A stretch of DNA of 64,000 nt from Octopus bimaculoides (Eukaryota), in assembly GCF_001194135.2 (NCBI RefSeq), contig NC_068986.1, positions 40,352,304 through 40,416,303 on the forward strand. The letters run 5' to 3'. The notes beneath the pieces are model-generated. The model had not been told where the DNA came from, ran no database searches, and worked only from the letters and a program-made list of their open reading frames with translations. The position numbers and the translations under genes were made by a program. Below are positions 25,900 to 38,744 of the stretch, piece by piece; positions within the stretch are counted from its first letter, which is position 1; every line of letters begins with the position of its first letter.

Positions 25900-28800
25900 A
25901 ATAGAAATATTTGATGTTTTGGCTTATTTTACCGTATATGTGAAAAATGTTATTAAACGGACTAGGTTTGTGTGTGAGAAAAAAGAGGGAGAAATAGTGT
26001 GTGTGTGTGTGTGTGTGAATATGAGTCAGAATGTGTGCGTGCGTGTGTATGTGCGCACACATTCTGTGTGTGACTGTGTTTGTATGTCAGCGCACGCGCG
26101 TCAATGTGCGTGCGTTGTCAGTGTGTGTGCGCGTGTATGTATGTGTGTCAGAGTGTGTGCATGCATGTTTGTTCATTAGTGTGTGTGGGCATGCGCGTCA
26201 GTGTATATGAGATAAAGCGACAGAGAATTTTTATGCATTTATGTGCAAGTGCTAGCAAATCCTTTTGAGTACGTTCTTGTAGAGTTGTAATAGGTTTGTT
26301 ACTCTCGAAGATTTTTCTTTGATTTGCTCACAGTGGGCGGCACATGGATAAGAACGATTATTTATAGTAAATTGTTTTTTATCGGCTTCCCACTTCCCTG
26401 AAGGGGAAAAAAAGGTGAAAAAAAATATCTTTGAAGAAAAAGTAACACTATATCGGAAAGTACAAGTAGAATATCAAAGATGTTTCCCATGTTATAGATA
26501 TCACAAACATTGGGCATTTTTGGCATTTAATTATTTCATATGTAAACATTTCAAGCTTACTCTGAATACACTAAGCTTATTTCCTACCAAATCTGGTTCT
26601 GCGGTAGCCGTTTGCTCTTTTCTTGTCAGATAAAGAATTAATACTTAACGTGTCTAAGTAATGTAATGTATATATACTTGTGTGTGGACGTGTGTTTTAA
26701 ATCCTTATTTCCACCTTGTTACAAACATTTTCGTAGACGATAAATTACTGGAATTTATCGGATATGCCATCCCCATGAATAATAACAGTTAAGTTAGTAT
26801 TACCATATTTATTGCATGGAACATTAAAAAGATAATTGGATACACTTATATGATGAAGGAAAACAAAACATTTGAACGCGTAGCTTTGTGGTTTAGAAGC
26901 TTGCTTCCCAACCATGTAGTCTTGGGTTCGATCCTACTGCTCTGCACTTTGGACAAGTGTCTTTTACGATAGCCCTGAACCCACCAAAGTCTTGTGGACA
27001 GACTGAAAGAAGCCCGTCGTGTATGTATATATATATATATATACTTAACTGCATATAAATACATTACTGCTCTATGCTTTAGAGTGTGCTTCTTTTTGGG
27101 GATATATGATACACTGATGATAGTTATATATGTGTGCGTCTTCGTGTTTGTTCCCCCACCATTGCTTGACAACCGATACAATAAGTACTAGGCTTACAAA
27201 TAATAAGTCTTGGGATCATTTTCTTCGACTAAAAAAAGTTTTTAAGGCGTTGTTCCAGCATGGCCGCAGTCTAATGACTGAAACAAGTAAGATAATAAAA
27301 GAATATGCGTGCGTGTGCGTAAGTTTGCCCCTCATCTCCACTTGACAACCGTATTAGTTTACGTCCCTGCAACATAGCAGTTTGACCAAAGGATCTGATG
27401 GAATAAGTAGCAGACTTCAAAAAGTTGAATATTTAGGTCAATTTGTTCGACTCAAAACCTTTAAGGCAGTGTTCCAGTATGATAGTCCAATGGCTTAAAG
27501 AAATAAACGATAAGCAAAGAAGATAGTATTTTAAATGTTCCAGCTAACATGGGAGAAAAGTTTTGATTCATTTCACATATGTAGATGTGGAAATCTGCAT
27601 ATCTGTTGAGACTTAATTACCGAAAGAATTGACCGAATGCGATATTAATAATGTAGTGCTTGATACGCATCTTAAGTCTCTTCCAAGTACTTCAAGTATT
27701 TCAAATTTTCACCAATTTTGTTTTTACATATTCTACATTTTTATTATTAATTTCTAGAAAAGAAAGAAAAAATAAAGAATGCAACTTTCATCATCAACAT
27801 GCAAGACTAAATGTTTTTTGAAAATAATCTGATAAAAATTTTAAATATTTCAAGTGGTTGGAAGAAATCGAAGAAGATCCATTGATAACCCCTAAACTCA
27901 TTGGATGGTCGTGGTTAGAGTAGCTTTGATCATTAAGTGTGTTCAATCCGGACCGACTTAAGTTTATAACGATTTACGTTTTAAATTCAAACCACGCCGA
28001 GGTCAATGTTGCCTTACGTTGTTGGAGATCGATAAAATTCAATTCAAATACGAATATTGAAGTAGATTTATATTCCTATCGTGCATTCTGAATGGCAAAC
28101 TGGCAGAATCCTTAACATGCTGGACAAAATGCTAAGCGGCATTTTGTTCCATCTTTCCATTCTCTGACTTCAAAATCCACCAAGGTCAACTTTGCTTGTC
28201 ATCCTTTTCAGAGTCGATGAAATAAGTACAAGTCAAGTTCTGGGATCGATGTCCAAAATTTCAGGCCTTGTGCCTATTGGAGAAAGGATTGTAAACGTGA
28301 ATGAAATTATAATAAATGACAGGACATTGAACTAAGTAAAATGATCAACTATTTCATCATAATTGCAACCTATAATTCATTTTCACTATCCGGGCTGTGA
28401 GACCGGCTCAGCCTGTTACTTATGGTCTTATAAAATTGCAAGGTTGATTATATCCAATTCGCCTTTATTACATTTAGTTCTTTTATTAAAAATCAAAAAT
28501 TGAAAACCTTTCGTCACAAATAACTGTCAGAGTCTTTACAATTACGATTTAAACAGCAGGTAAAATAATTAATAAGAAAAATACTCGTTCCTCTAAACGT
28601 CTTCTAAATTCTTGATTATTTTTTTTATCTTTAAAATCAATTGAAATACATATATTATGTGCGTTGTTCATTATTAGAATTATTGTCGTGAAAAGGTTGA
28701 CAATAGAGCTGTAGCATTGCTTCCATTGTATGTAATCATCACACTTCTTCACACACTCATTTAGTCAACTTTTTCAGTCTATCGTTTACTTTCTCTTTCG

Positions 28801-31150
28801 TCTACGGTCAAGTTTTCGCTAATCATTTCGTCAACTATCTCATTCTTTCACCCACCCACCCCAGCATGCACTTCATTAACGATTCTGCTCTTAGCTTATG
28901 AGGAGAAAATATAAATAATATCTTGACGTGCTAGAAATAGCAGCTAAATCTCTCTTTAATCACATCTTATTGTAGATGATATAGCCATAGATGTACTGCC
29001 TAGTGTGTGTGGGTGAGGGTCCAGGCGTGGGTGTGTGGTTAAGAAGCTTGCTTGCCAAACATGTGGGTTGACGGGAACTGAAAGACGCCTATCATGTGTG
29101 TGTGTGTTTGTGCCGCACAACCGCTTGACAACCGATGTTTGTTTGCTTACGTCCCTGTAAATTAGGATTCCGGCAAAGGAGACCAACAAAATAAGTAACA
29201 GGATTTAAAAAAATAAATACTGAGGTTGATTTGTTCAACTACCCTTCATGGCGGTGACCTAGCCCGGCCGCAATCCAATGACTGAAACAAGGGAGCAATC
29301 TGCTTTTCAAGGGCTGCCCGTGGTTTCTGTAACAAAAACAACCATGAGCACGCAATAGCTGATTCTATCTCTTTGTATCTGAGTTCGTGCTCAACTACAC
29401 ATTCGCTCATTAAGCGAGCATTTTCGCACTGATCCTCAAACTTCGTTCACACCACCTCATTGGCTCGAAGTGTTATTTATTTTATTATCAGGTTTATTAT
29501 CCTGATGGCTACTCTATTTTTATCTAATAAATTTCACGCCGCCTTTACCTTATTAACTAATGTGCGTGTCTGTATATGTGTGTGTATGTTTGTGTATACA
29601 TGTGTGTGTATGTATATAATATATATATATATATAAAGTGCGTGTGTATACATGTATGTGTGTGCACACATACACGCGCGCATTCACGCACGCACATACA
29701 TCATGTATATATATTATATACATACATAATGCATGTATATTATATACACAACTAGAAACAATCTTTCTTGTTATCTGGTTATGTATGTATTCACCAATTT
29801 AATTTATTTCTTCGCACATTTACTTGTATTAGTCACAAGTTTATCTTTTAGATTCATACACGATTTATTGATTATTAATTGACTGATTTGGTGTCCATAT
29901 TTCTCTCTGATTCTTTTATTCTCTCTCTTTCTCTGGCTATCTCTTTATCTCATCACCCACTCCCCGTTATTGCTATAATCGTAAATTTAACTCGTTTGGA
30001 TAATGACTGTGTATGTGTGGATGATATTTAGTTATTAATGCTCGTCTTGGCGTGTTTATTCTGATACTGGATATCTTTGATGAGATTACCCCGATGGTAT
30101 CTTTAAAAGATTGCACTTAATACTGTTATGATGTGATGCCGATTGCAGATAACTACCTAGCTTTCGTGTTTTCTTCTTACTTTCGTTTGTTTTTCTTTTT
30201 GTTGTTTCTCAAGTTCTCTTTCATTCGTTCCCCCTCCCCACTCTCATTTTCTATCTCTTTCGTTAATATCTCTTCCTATTTCTCTGTTTTCATTCATTCG
30301 TTCATTCATTCTTTCTCTCTCTGTCACACATCACACCAAACACACTCACTCACGCACGCGCGGACACGGACACACACACACACACACACACACCCTACTT
30401 TTATTACTTTGGGGGTTAGAGTTGATAATAGAATTTTAAACAGTGTTGATATTTAGAGAAATTATTTTTGTGTCAGTTTTATAGTCGTTCCACAGACGCG
30501 TTCCAAATTTCTATTTAATGCACGAAAATTTCTAAAGTATTTCTTTCTTGTCATTTTGTTGATACTGTTCTTGTTATTTCTGCTGCAGTTAATTTCTCTT
30601 GGTTTAAAACAGATTTTGATGAATCCATTAAAAATGCTTTTTTTTTTTTTTAACGTATATAATTTTTTTGTTTCTTTCATGGAAAATAAAAAGGATGAAT
30701 GAATATTTGCGATGGGCTCGCAGAATATATTTTTCATAAAACTTTGCACATCCATAAATGCGTGAACACACTAAAAAACTTATGCACACATAAAATTATA
30801 TAATAAACGCTGAACGTTCGTTTTTAATGGCTAATTTTCTCTTTGTCTTTGAAAAATAAACCGTTATTTCGATCAATTTATTATAGTAAAGATCGTAAGT
30901 TATAGATAGGCTCTTGATTAGTTATCTGTTTATTTGCAAAGAAAGGGTAGATTTGTAAATTAATTTTGTGAAATTAATTCTTAATTTCTTGAAATTATCT
31001 CCCTTTTACTTTGAGTGTTTCGTTATCTCAAGTTTGTTTTTTTTACTTTCTCCAACAAAACCAGGAATTTTAATTAACCTATAAAATTGAATTGATATGT
31101 CATTGCAATCAATAAATACTGACGCACCGATGTGAATGTGCATACCTGAA
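25900..31150. promoter_or_regulatory. CpG-retaining domain, putative unmethylated promoter or regulatory region
   Basis: By eye, CG dinucleotides are frequent in unique sequence here (e.g. 28740-28880, 29310-29540, 30480-30900) and rare in most of 1-25 kb and 36-56 kb. ATTGG (CCAAT) at 29459-29463; TCAGTT initiator-like motif at about 30473; GTAAGT donor at 30895. Not quantified. Confidence 0.4.
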
Positions 31151-31162
31151 TTTTGTTTCCTC

Positions 31163-31455
31163 ATAACTTTCAGAAAATAAGTATTTTTCTTTTTTGAAGT
31201 TTTCTACAAATACCTTTGCAATGGTATAGATTCCAATCACATCAGAATTTAATGTGAAAAACAGGGAAAGAAATTGATGACCGTGCATGCATATTTTGAA
31301 AAAAGTTGTGTGATGTGTGTCTGTATGACTTTGTGTCCACCAATTACTTTTCTTTTTTGTTCTTGCTTTAATTTCTGATGTAATCGGAATGTATATCACC
31401 TGAAAGGTATCTGTTGAAAATTTCATAAAAAAATAACCATTTCCCTGAAAGTTAC
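31163..31455. mobile_element. Foldback MITE with long imperfect inverted arms (about 115 bp each)
   Basis: The left arm 31163-31276 (ataactttcagaaaat...atacctttg...cacatcagaattta...aattg) aligns to the reverse complement of 31341-31455 (gtaactttcagggaaat...atacctttc...tacatcagaaatta...aattg). Confidence 0.7.
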
Positions 31456-31714
31456 AAAGGAGCAAAGTCATGAGTGGGGCAGACTTATAAAGTTATACCA
31501 AAATACCTTAGTAAGCCTTTAATTTTTATACATATAAAATATCAAAGAACAAAGACAAACAAATTGAAAGTAATTAAAAACTAAATAATCAACAATGACA
31601 AATTGAAATTGTGTTTTTCCTTTATTTAAAGTGTTTCATACATTTTAAATATATAGAGAATAACTCTCAGATGATTGTTGAAAACTCTATAAATTCCCAA
31701 AATGGACTATATAT

Positions 31715-31869
31715 AGGCGTGGCTGTGTGGTAAGAAACTTGCTTCCTGACAACATAGTTCTGGGTTCAGTCCCACTGTGGGTCATCTTGGGCAGATGTCT
31801 TCTACTATAGCCTCAGGTTGACCAAAGCCTTGTGAGTGGATTTGGTAGATGGAAACTGAAAGAAGCCCT

Positions 31870-31924
<55 letters not shown>

Positions 31925-32138
31925 TGTATTTGTGTGTCTGTGTTTGTCTCCCCACCATCGTTTGACAACCGATGCTGGTGTGTTTACATCCCCATAACTT
32001 AGCAGTTCTGCAAAAGAGATCGATAGAATAAGTACTAGGCTTACAAAGAATAAATCCTGGGGTTGAATTGTTTGACTAAAGGCAATGCTCCAGCATGGCC
32101 ACAGTCAAATGACTGAAACAATAAAAGAATAAAAGAAT
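31715..32138 (+). mobile_element. Family A SINE, full length
   Basis: Head ggcgtggctgtgtggtaag...gggttcagtcccac, central (TA)(CA) tract, tail gactgaaacaataaaagaataaaagaa; it abuts the mariner. Confidence 0.9.
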
Positions 32139-32145
32139 ACATATA

Positions 32146-33006
32146 TTGGGTCATCACATAAATAATGTGTCTTTTTTTATATTTCTTTTACTTTTCAAAA
32201 TTTAGATAAACAAAGTTCTTTTTCAATCTAAGATATACTCTCCTTCATTTTCTACAATGTTCTTCCATATATCTGGCAGACATGCAAGGCTCCTCTTCCA
32301 AAATTCACTTGTCCTTGACAAAAAATACTGTTCTGACTTTGTCTACAGAATCCATATTTTTTTCATCCAAATGATTTTGAAGACTGAGGAATAAACGATA
32401 ATCAGATGGGGCAATGTCTGGTGAATATGGTGGGTGGAGCATCGTTTCCCATTCAAACTGCTCCAGTCTTTGGAATGTCATCCTTACTGTATGCGGCTGA
32501 GCATTATCCTGATAGAACATCTTTCATCTTGAAACCAAAGATGGTCGTTTTTCTTCTGGTGCTGACTTGAATGACTAGTTGAATGACCAAATCCAAGCTT
32601 TTCTGCTAGTTTCTCAACAGTTACAATGGGATTTTGTTCCACCAGGATTTGCAGGAAGTCCTCGTTGAGCTGTACAGATCTTCCAGGGCAAGGCTCGTCT
32701 TCTAGGCTGTAGTTTCCAGCTCAGATTTTCTGGAACTAACACTGGATACTTTCCATTGCATTGCTGCCTCTATCGAACTCATAAAACAAAATATGCCGAA
32801 TATATTCATTTGTCACTTCCATTATAGCTTTGAAAAAAATAACTGTTAAAATTGGACTGCACTCTTCAAAACTTGCACTAAGAATAAGGACAAGGTAAAA
32901 TTACTACCTGCTTTTATAGCAGGTTGATGCTGCTAGTTTATCCCATCCCCCTCCGACTTTTGGTTCATGCAATTGAAAAAGCTGCATTATTTATGAGATA
33001 ACCCAA
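32146..33006 (-). mobile_element. Internally deleted mariner (Tc1/mariner) DNA transposon with both TIRs
   Basis: The left TIR (TA)TTGGGTCATCACATAAATAATG matches the reverse complement of the right end (TA)TTGGGTTATCTCATAAATAATG, with flanking TA at 32144-32145 and 33007-33008. Minus-strand transposase remnants start at ATG 32822 (MEVTNEYIRHILFYEF...) and include QDNAQPH and HPPYSPDIAPSDYRLF (32305-32520). At 861 bp it is shorter than a full mariner. Confidence 0.92.
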
Positions 33007-33038
33007 TAAATGTATCTATATCTATATCTATCTATCTA

Positions 33039-33040
<2 letters not shown>

Positions 33041-33105
<65 letters not shown>
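33041..33105. repeat. (TA)n microsatellite, representative of dozens of (TA)n, (CA)n, (CT)n, (AAT)n, (GTT)n and (CTAT)n tracts
   Basis: Directly visible. Other examples: (CA)n 5660-5716, (GTT)n 5821-5862, (TA)n 14716-14763, (CT)n 15336-15470, (CTAT)n 36762-36850, (AAT)n 47641-47685, (TA)n 62202-62257. Most N gaps are bordered by such tracts. Confidence 0.95.
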
Positions 33106-33109
<4 letters not shown>

Positions 33110-33133
33110 ACTCCATAAATTCCCAAAATGGAG

Positions 33134-34826
33134 CCCCAACTATGCAAACCTGTTCGTTGGCTATGATGAGGCCCAAATATTTCTCAAGTTTCACTGGCCC
33201 CACTCCCAGACTATACGGCTGTTGTATTGACGACAGTATCGGTGCGACCTCACTCTCGTGTGAACATCTGGACTCCTTCCTCTATTTTGTCCAATCTTTC
33301 CATCCTCTCTCCCCCTGCACTTGCCCTGCTGTCTCCGTTCCCCCTCACCTACCACCCTACCTCTCCAACACACCATTCTCTGAGCCTTCCGGCGACTCCA
33401 GTTCGAGCCCTCCCCGGCTTCAAACGAGCCCACAACCTACGAGACCTCTTGGTCTACAGCTTCTTCCCTGACCCAACCTCCCAACCTGGCTCATTCCCCT
33501 GCTCCCGCCCATGCTGCCACACTTGCCCTTACCTCTTCAACGCCACCCTCCACACAGGCACCCATCATCGACCCAATCATATCACCGACTCCTTCACCTG
33601 CACTTCTACTAATGTCATCTACTGAATCTCCTACTCTCTCTGCCCTTCTCTATGCATCAGGCAAACGGGATGTTGCTTGGTTGACTGGTTCGCGAAACAC
33701 CTCTGAGACATCTGACTTGGCAATGACACCCCAGTCTCACACCATTTCCGCTTTACCAGTCACTCTTTGCAACACCTGTCTGTGTTCGGATTGTCCTTGC
33801 ACAAGGGCCATCCGGACTCCCATCTTCGCTGTGAACAGGAATTAATCTTCACTCTTCGCTCCTTTGCGCCACATGGGCTCAACTCTCCTCCCCTCTTCAC
33901 CTAACCCTCCTCTGCTCTCCTCTCTTCCTCTCACACCTACTTCCTCCCACCCACCTCTCCTCTCTTGCTCTGCCTCCTACTTCTTCTCTTCACTCCTACT
34001 CTCCTTCTCTTCTTTTCACTCCTACCCACCTTCTCCCTTCCCCCTCTCCCTTCATTGTCACTTCTCCCTTTTAACTCCACCCCTACACAATCCAACCAAC
34101 CTTCCCTATCCATCCCACTCACACCCCATCCCTTCCCACTCCCACATATCCCACCTCTACCCCACCCTCNNNNNNNNNNNNNNNNNNNNNNNNNNNNNNN
34201 NNNNNNNNNNNNNNNNNNNNNNNNNNNNNNNNNNNNNNNNNNNNNNNNNNNNNNNNNNNNNNNNNNNNNNNNNNNNNNNNNNNNNNNNNNNNNNNNNNNN
34301 NNNNNNNNNNNNNNNNNNNNNNNNNNNNNNNNNNNNNNNNNNNNNNNNNNNNNNNNNNNNNNNCACATCACACCACATCATGCACAACCACACCAAACAC
34401 CACCATATTACACAACACCACATCACATCACCACGCACACACTAGCACTGACCACTTCCCAGCCCCATACACCTAAACATACACACGCGCACACGTCAAG
34501 GTCACCAGCCCTGTTCCACACGCACATACATGCTCTCTTATATGCACACATGCGCACCTTCATTTTGGGATCACCGTTACTTTATTATCTCTCCTTCTTC
34601 CTAGCCCTCCTGTGTGGCCTCTCTGTCTGGCATTCGCCATGATAGATTGTTAACCACTACACATTCTTTATTTTCTCTCCTTGTTTCTTTCTGTGTTCCT
34701 TTCTGTGGAAGAGCGTAGGCTTGAAGCGTTAAAGACTTTTTCACTTCCTGAATGTTAAAATAATACATCTGTTCGTTGTCTACACCACCTGTCTTTGTCT
34801 TTTGTTTTTTTGTGAATTCTCCCCCA
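33134..34826 (+). mobile_element. 5'-truncated, internally deleted Penelope-like retroelement (RT remnant, GIY-YIG endonuclease, 3' pseudo-LTR tail)
   Basis: RT remnant PNYANLFVGY / FSSFTGPTPRLYGCCIDDSIGATSLS...SFHP (YIDD-type motif) is fused to FKRAHNLRDLLV...FPCSRPCCHTC...DSFTCTSTNVIY*ISYSLCPSLCIRQTG...KHL...HF...EQELIFTLRSFAPHGLN, ending at stop 33902-33904. A CT-rich and (CACAT)-like stretch, an N gap, and a tail with a hammerhead-like motif follow, ending in (TA)n. Confidence 0.88.
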
Positions 34827-35776
34827 TATATATATATATATATAATATATATACACACACATGCATATATATACATGCATATATATGAAAACTCCATAAA
34901 TTTCCAAAATGGAGTATATATGTGTGTGTGTGTGTATATTTATATATATATATATATATATATACATACACTCTCTCTTTCCTTTCCTGAGCGTCCAATA
35001 ATACTATCCATATCACGTCCTCACTTTGTTGTTTTTTTGTTATTGTTTTTTTGTTATTGTTTTTTTGAACCTATATATATATATATATATAATTATATAT
35101 AGGCATTGCCGTGCATAAGAAGTTTGCTTCTCAACCACATGGTATTTATTTGAATTATATAGATATGTGACTCAAAGAAATCCAAGTTATAATTTATCAA
35201 ACCAGATGCTGTGAGCATCTATCTAATCTCTCTTTTATCAGTTGAAAAAAAAACAAAAAAACCACTAAAACATTCTTCTTCACCTGTGTCGAAATGGGGA
35301 TGAAGGTGATGATGATGGTGTTGAGGAGAACTTTCATCACCAGAAGGTTTGGCGTCACAAAGATTACCCATCTGTTAAAAACTTTGTAATAGCAAAACTG
35401 GAAGCAGTTTATGTAAGGCCCAAAAATGGAACATAAACAAATAAATTCTTCTCCTAAAAGTGATCTCTACTTAGGGACCCTTTTTGTAGTCACTTAACCT
35501 ACTTTGATGGTAGCCTGACTCGATCTGCTTCAGATCATGCCTTACTGCATCTTAAGATATGTTTGATAGATAATATAGTCCTAAATTCCCATCTGAGTTC
35601 CTTTTACAGGAATTAGAAAAACTGAAGGACCACTGCAATAAGTGTGTGGATCCGAGAGGAGAATATGTTGAATAAAATCATAATTAACTGATCCTCCTGT
35701 ATTTTCTTTTACTCAAAGCCAGGAACTTTTTGGCATCCCCTCATCATTTGGTTTGCTTTTATAGCATGCTAGGAAG

Positions 35777-35991
35777 TAGGTGCTGAAAAGTTCCTGGCTT
35801 TAAGGGTTTTGTGAAAGACCTGGTTGAAAGCCCAACCTTCTGAGTTCTTTTACGGGGCTTAGAGAAGTTAAAGGACCACTGCAATAAGTGTATGAATCTA
35901 AGAGGGGAATATGCTCTATAAAATCATAATTAACTGATCCTTCTGTATTTTCTTTTATCAAAAGCCAGGAACTTTTCAGCACCCCCTTGTA
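35777..35991. mobile_element. Mariner-type MITE (about 215 bp)
   Basis: TIRs GGTGCTGAAAAGTTCCTGGCTTT / AAAGCCAGGAACTTTTCAGCACC. Same family as 48550-48762 and 59388-59611, in the opposite orientation. A half copy lies directly upstream at about 35600-35742. Confidence 0.85.
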
Positions 35992-36222
35992 TGGTTCTTA
36001 AAAAAGATGGCATGCTCACAGCTGGAATGCCTTTGGTCATAAATCTGATCAGTAAGAGCTGACCTGAGGTTAAACAACGACCACAGGTCAACTGAGGCTC
36101 GTTCTTGTTTACTCTCCCCTCCCCCCGTTATCTCTTACTTGTTTCAGTCATTGGACACCAGCCATGCTGGAGTACCACTTTGAAGGGTTTTTAGTCAAAC
36201 AATTTGACCCCAGTATTTTTGT

Positions 36223-36273
<51 letters not shown>

Positions 36274-36762
36274 GCCTGCTATTTAATCTGTCAGTCTCTT
36301 TTGCCAAGCCACTAAGTTATGAGGAGGCAGACAGGGCACACCTGTAGTAAAGTGGTGTGCAAGGATGCACACACACACACACACACACATGCACACACAC
36401 ACACACGCACATGCACACGCACATGCACACACACAGAGGATATACTTCTTTCAGTTTCCATCTGCCAAATTTACTCACAAGGCTTTGGTCAACTCTGGAG
36501 CTATAGTAGAAGGCACTTACCTGAGTTGTAATGCAGTGGGACTGAACCAAGAACCATGTAGTTCAGAAATAAACATCTTACTACACAGCCACGCCTGCAC
36601 CTTTGTTTATTATTTTTATTTACTTATTTTATGTATTTATCTATGGTCTCTAAAAAATTCTGACTTTATATTTATCGTTGACTCATGGGAAATAAAATAA
36701 AGTTTGATTAGGATGAAAGTGTATCACTAGAGTTTACTGGCTTTGCTTTTTCTTTTCCATTA

Positions 36763-36795
<33 letters not shown>

Positions 36796-38606
36796 CACTG
36801 TCTGTCTGTCTGGCTATCTATCTATCTTTCTATCTATCTATCTATCTATCATCTGATAAGGTTTAGATTTATATATATATTTGTAATTATAAAATCATCT
36901 GGTTCAATAAATTATAGAATAACAGTGACCTTTTAAAACTATAACTATTTTCTTTTACTAATTGCTATTTTAAAGGGTTAAAACAAAGACATTTTTCAAC
37001 AAAAAGAATTACACAAACTCAAAATAATACAGGAGCTATGTTCTCTAAAGTAAAAGCAATTATGTTGCTTGATATTTTGAAATGTTATTCTGGATTTTTT
37101 TTTTTTTCTTTTGTTATTTTGTCTTTCCGGAATTATCATTTTATTCTATTTTTTATGTTTTTTTTTTCCCTCTGCTAAGAAAGAAAATTAAGTTAAAACT
37201 ATAGTTTCATTTTTTAAAAAATTTTTGTTAAAGTTATGTATGCAAGATCTCCCTCCTGACAAGAAACTTCGCTAATACTGTTCTGTAAAATAATTTTCAG
37301 TTTTCAAATTCTCTCTGAAGAGTTTTCAACCTGTAATTGGGTGTAAGACACCAGGTGTTCCATTGTTGACTTAACCTTGATTGAATAAATACTTGTTCTT
37401 TTTTTCCTTTTTATATATATATATATATTTTTTTTTTGTTGCATTTCTTTCCTCACCCCCACCCCATCCACAATACAACCTCCTCAAGCTACATGAAAGT
37501 AGTACTTCATATCAAAGCATGGCAACAATTTCAGTTGGAATAAACCTCATCATTAAGTGGAAATAATTTATTCGGAAATCAAGTCACGGTGATATAGAGA
37601 GCAACACAAAGCAGTTCCTGCTCTTTTTTTGTTTTTATTATATTTTTTTGTTTTGTTCTCTTTCTTTGTTATATTTTTTTGGTTTGAATGAATCAATATG
37701 CTGTTTCCAACAATATATTTCCTGGCCAGACACCAACTATAGCAGTTATTTCTAAACAGAGAGTGGCAAAAGATTCTAGATATGAACCCATTAGGTTTCA
37801 CAAACTTCAATCTTTTATCAAATGGCTGTTTATTTTGGAATTTGTTGTATAGGGGAATCTTGGAGAGTTTTTTGTTTTTAAATGAATTGTGTCAGATCTA
37901 ATCAGTAAACATCTCACGTCATGTTTTCCTTGTCTTGTCCGGATTACACATTTTTTTTCTTTTGTTTTCTAGTTAGCTGTTTAACGAAAATAAAGTCTCA
38001 ATGGAAAGTAATGGATCTTCCCTAGAGAAGAAGTGGGGAAAAGAAGGAGTGGAATAAACGTGTGGAAATTGGTGCAATTCATTTTGTGTTTAAAAGTGAT
38101 TGAGATTAGTAATTGCTCGAAACACATTGCTGGGTAGTGAGGGGTTAAAAAAAGTAACAATGAAATTCTGGTGAGAATAATTCACATCTATTGATTGGTG
38201 TGAGTTTCTAGAGAAGGTGCAGGTGGGGCTGTTGCTGCTGATCCACATGGTTCAAAGTTCATTCCCACTGTGTGGCACCTTGGACTAGTGTCTTCTATTA
38301 ATAACCTTGGGCTGACTAAAGAGTGGATTTTGTAGATGGAAACTGAAAGAAACCCGTCATTTGTATGTTCATTCATTCGTTCATTTTTTAAATTTAGAGT
38401 AAATTTTGACTGACCAAGATTGTAAAGGAAAGTATCTTGTCTTAACCATCGTCCTTTAAGTCTTGTGAAAGTTTTCTAGATTTATATAATCCCAAATATT
38501 ATAATCATTTTGTAGTATATGAATTAAGGATTTGCATTCACTCTGCAAGAACCTAACTTCAGCCATACTTTGCTCCAGACAAGTTGGTATGTATGCAGTT
38601 GCTCTG

Positions 38607-38642
<36 letters not shown>

Positions 38643-38744
38643 ATGATGCTGAAAATGTATCTTGGGTACTGGATTTGCAAACTCCTTATTAACAGTATGT
38701 GTGTATGTATGTGTGTGTGTGTGTGTATGTGTGTGTGTGTGTAT

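Noticed and set aside
30457-30592. Hydrophobic open frame (KYFFLVILLILFLLFLLQLISLG) considered as the LRP4 signal peptide
   Set aside because: There is no in-frame ATG after the stop at 30454-30456, the donor is poor (GTTTAA), and T-rich DNA readily gives hydrophobic frames.
33864-34642. Long Pro/Ser/His-rich ORFs
   Set aside because: They are the CT-rich and CACAT-rich interior of the Penelope remnant plus an N gap.
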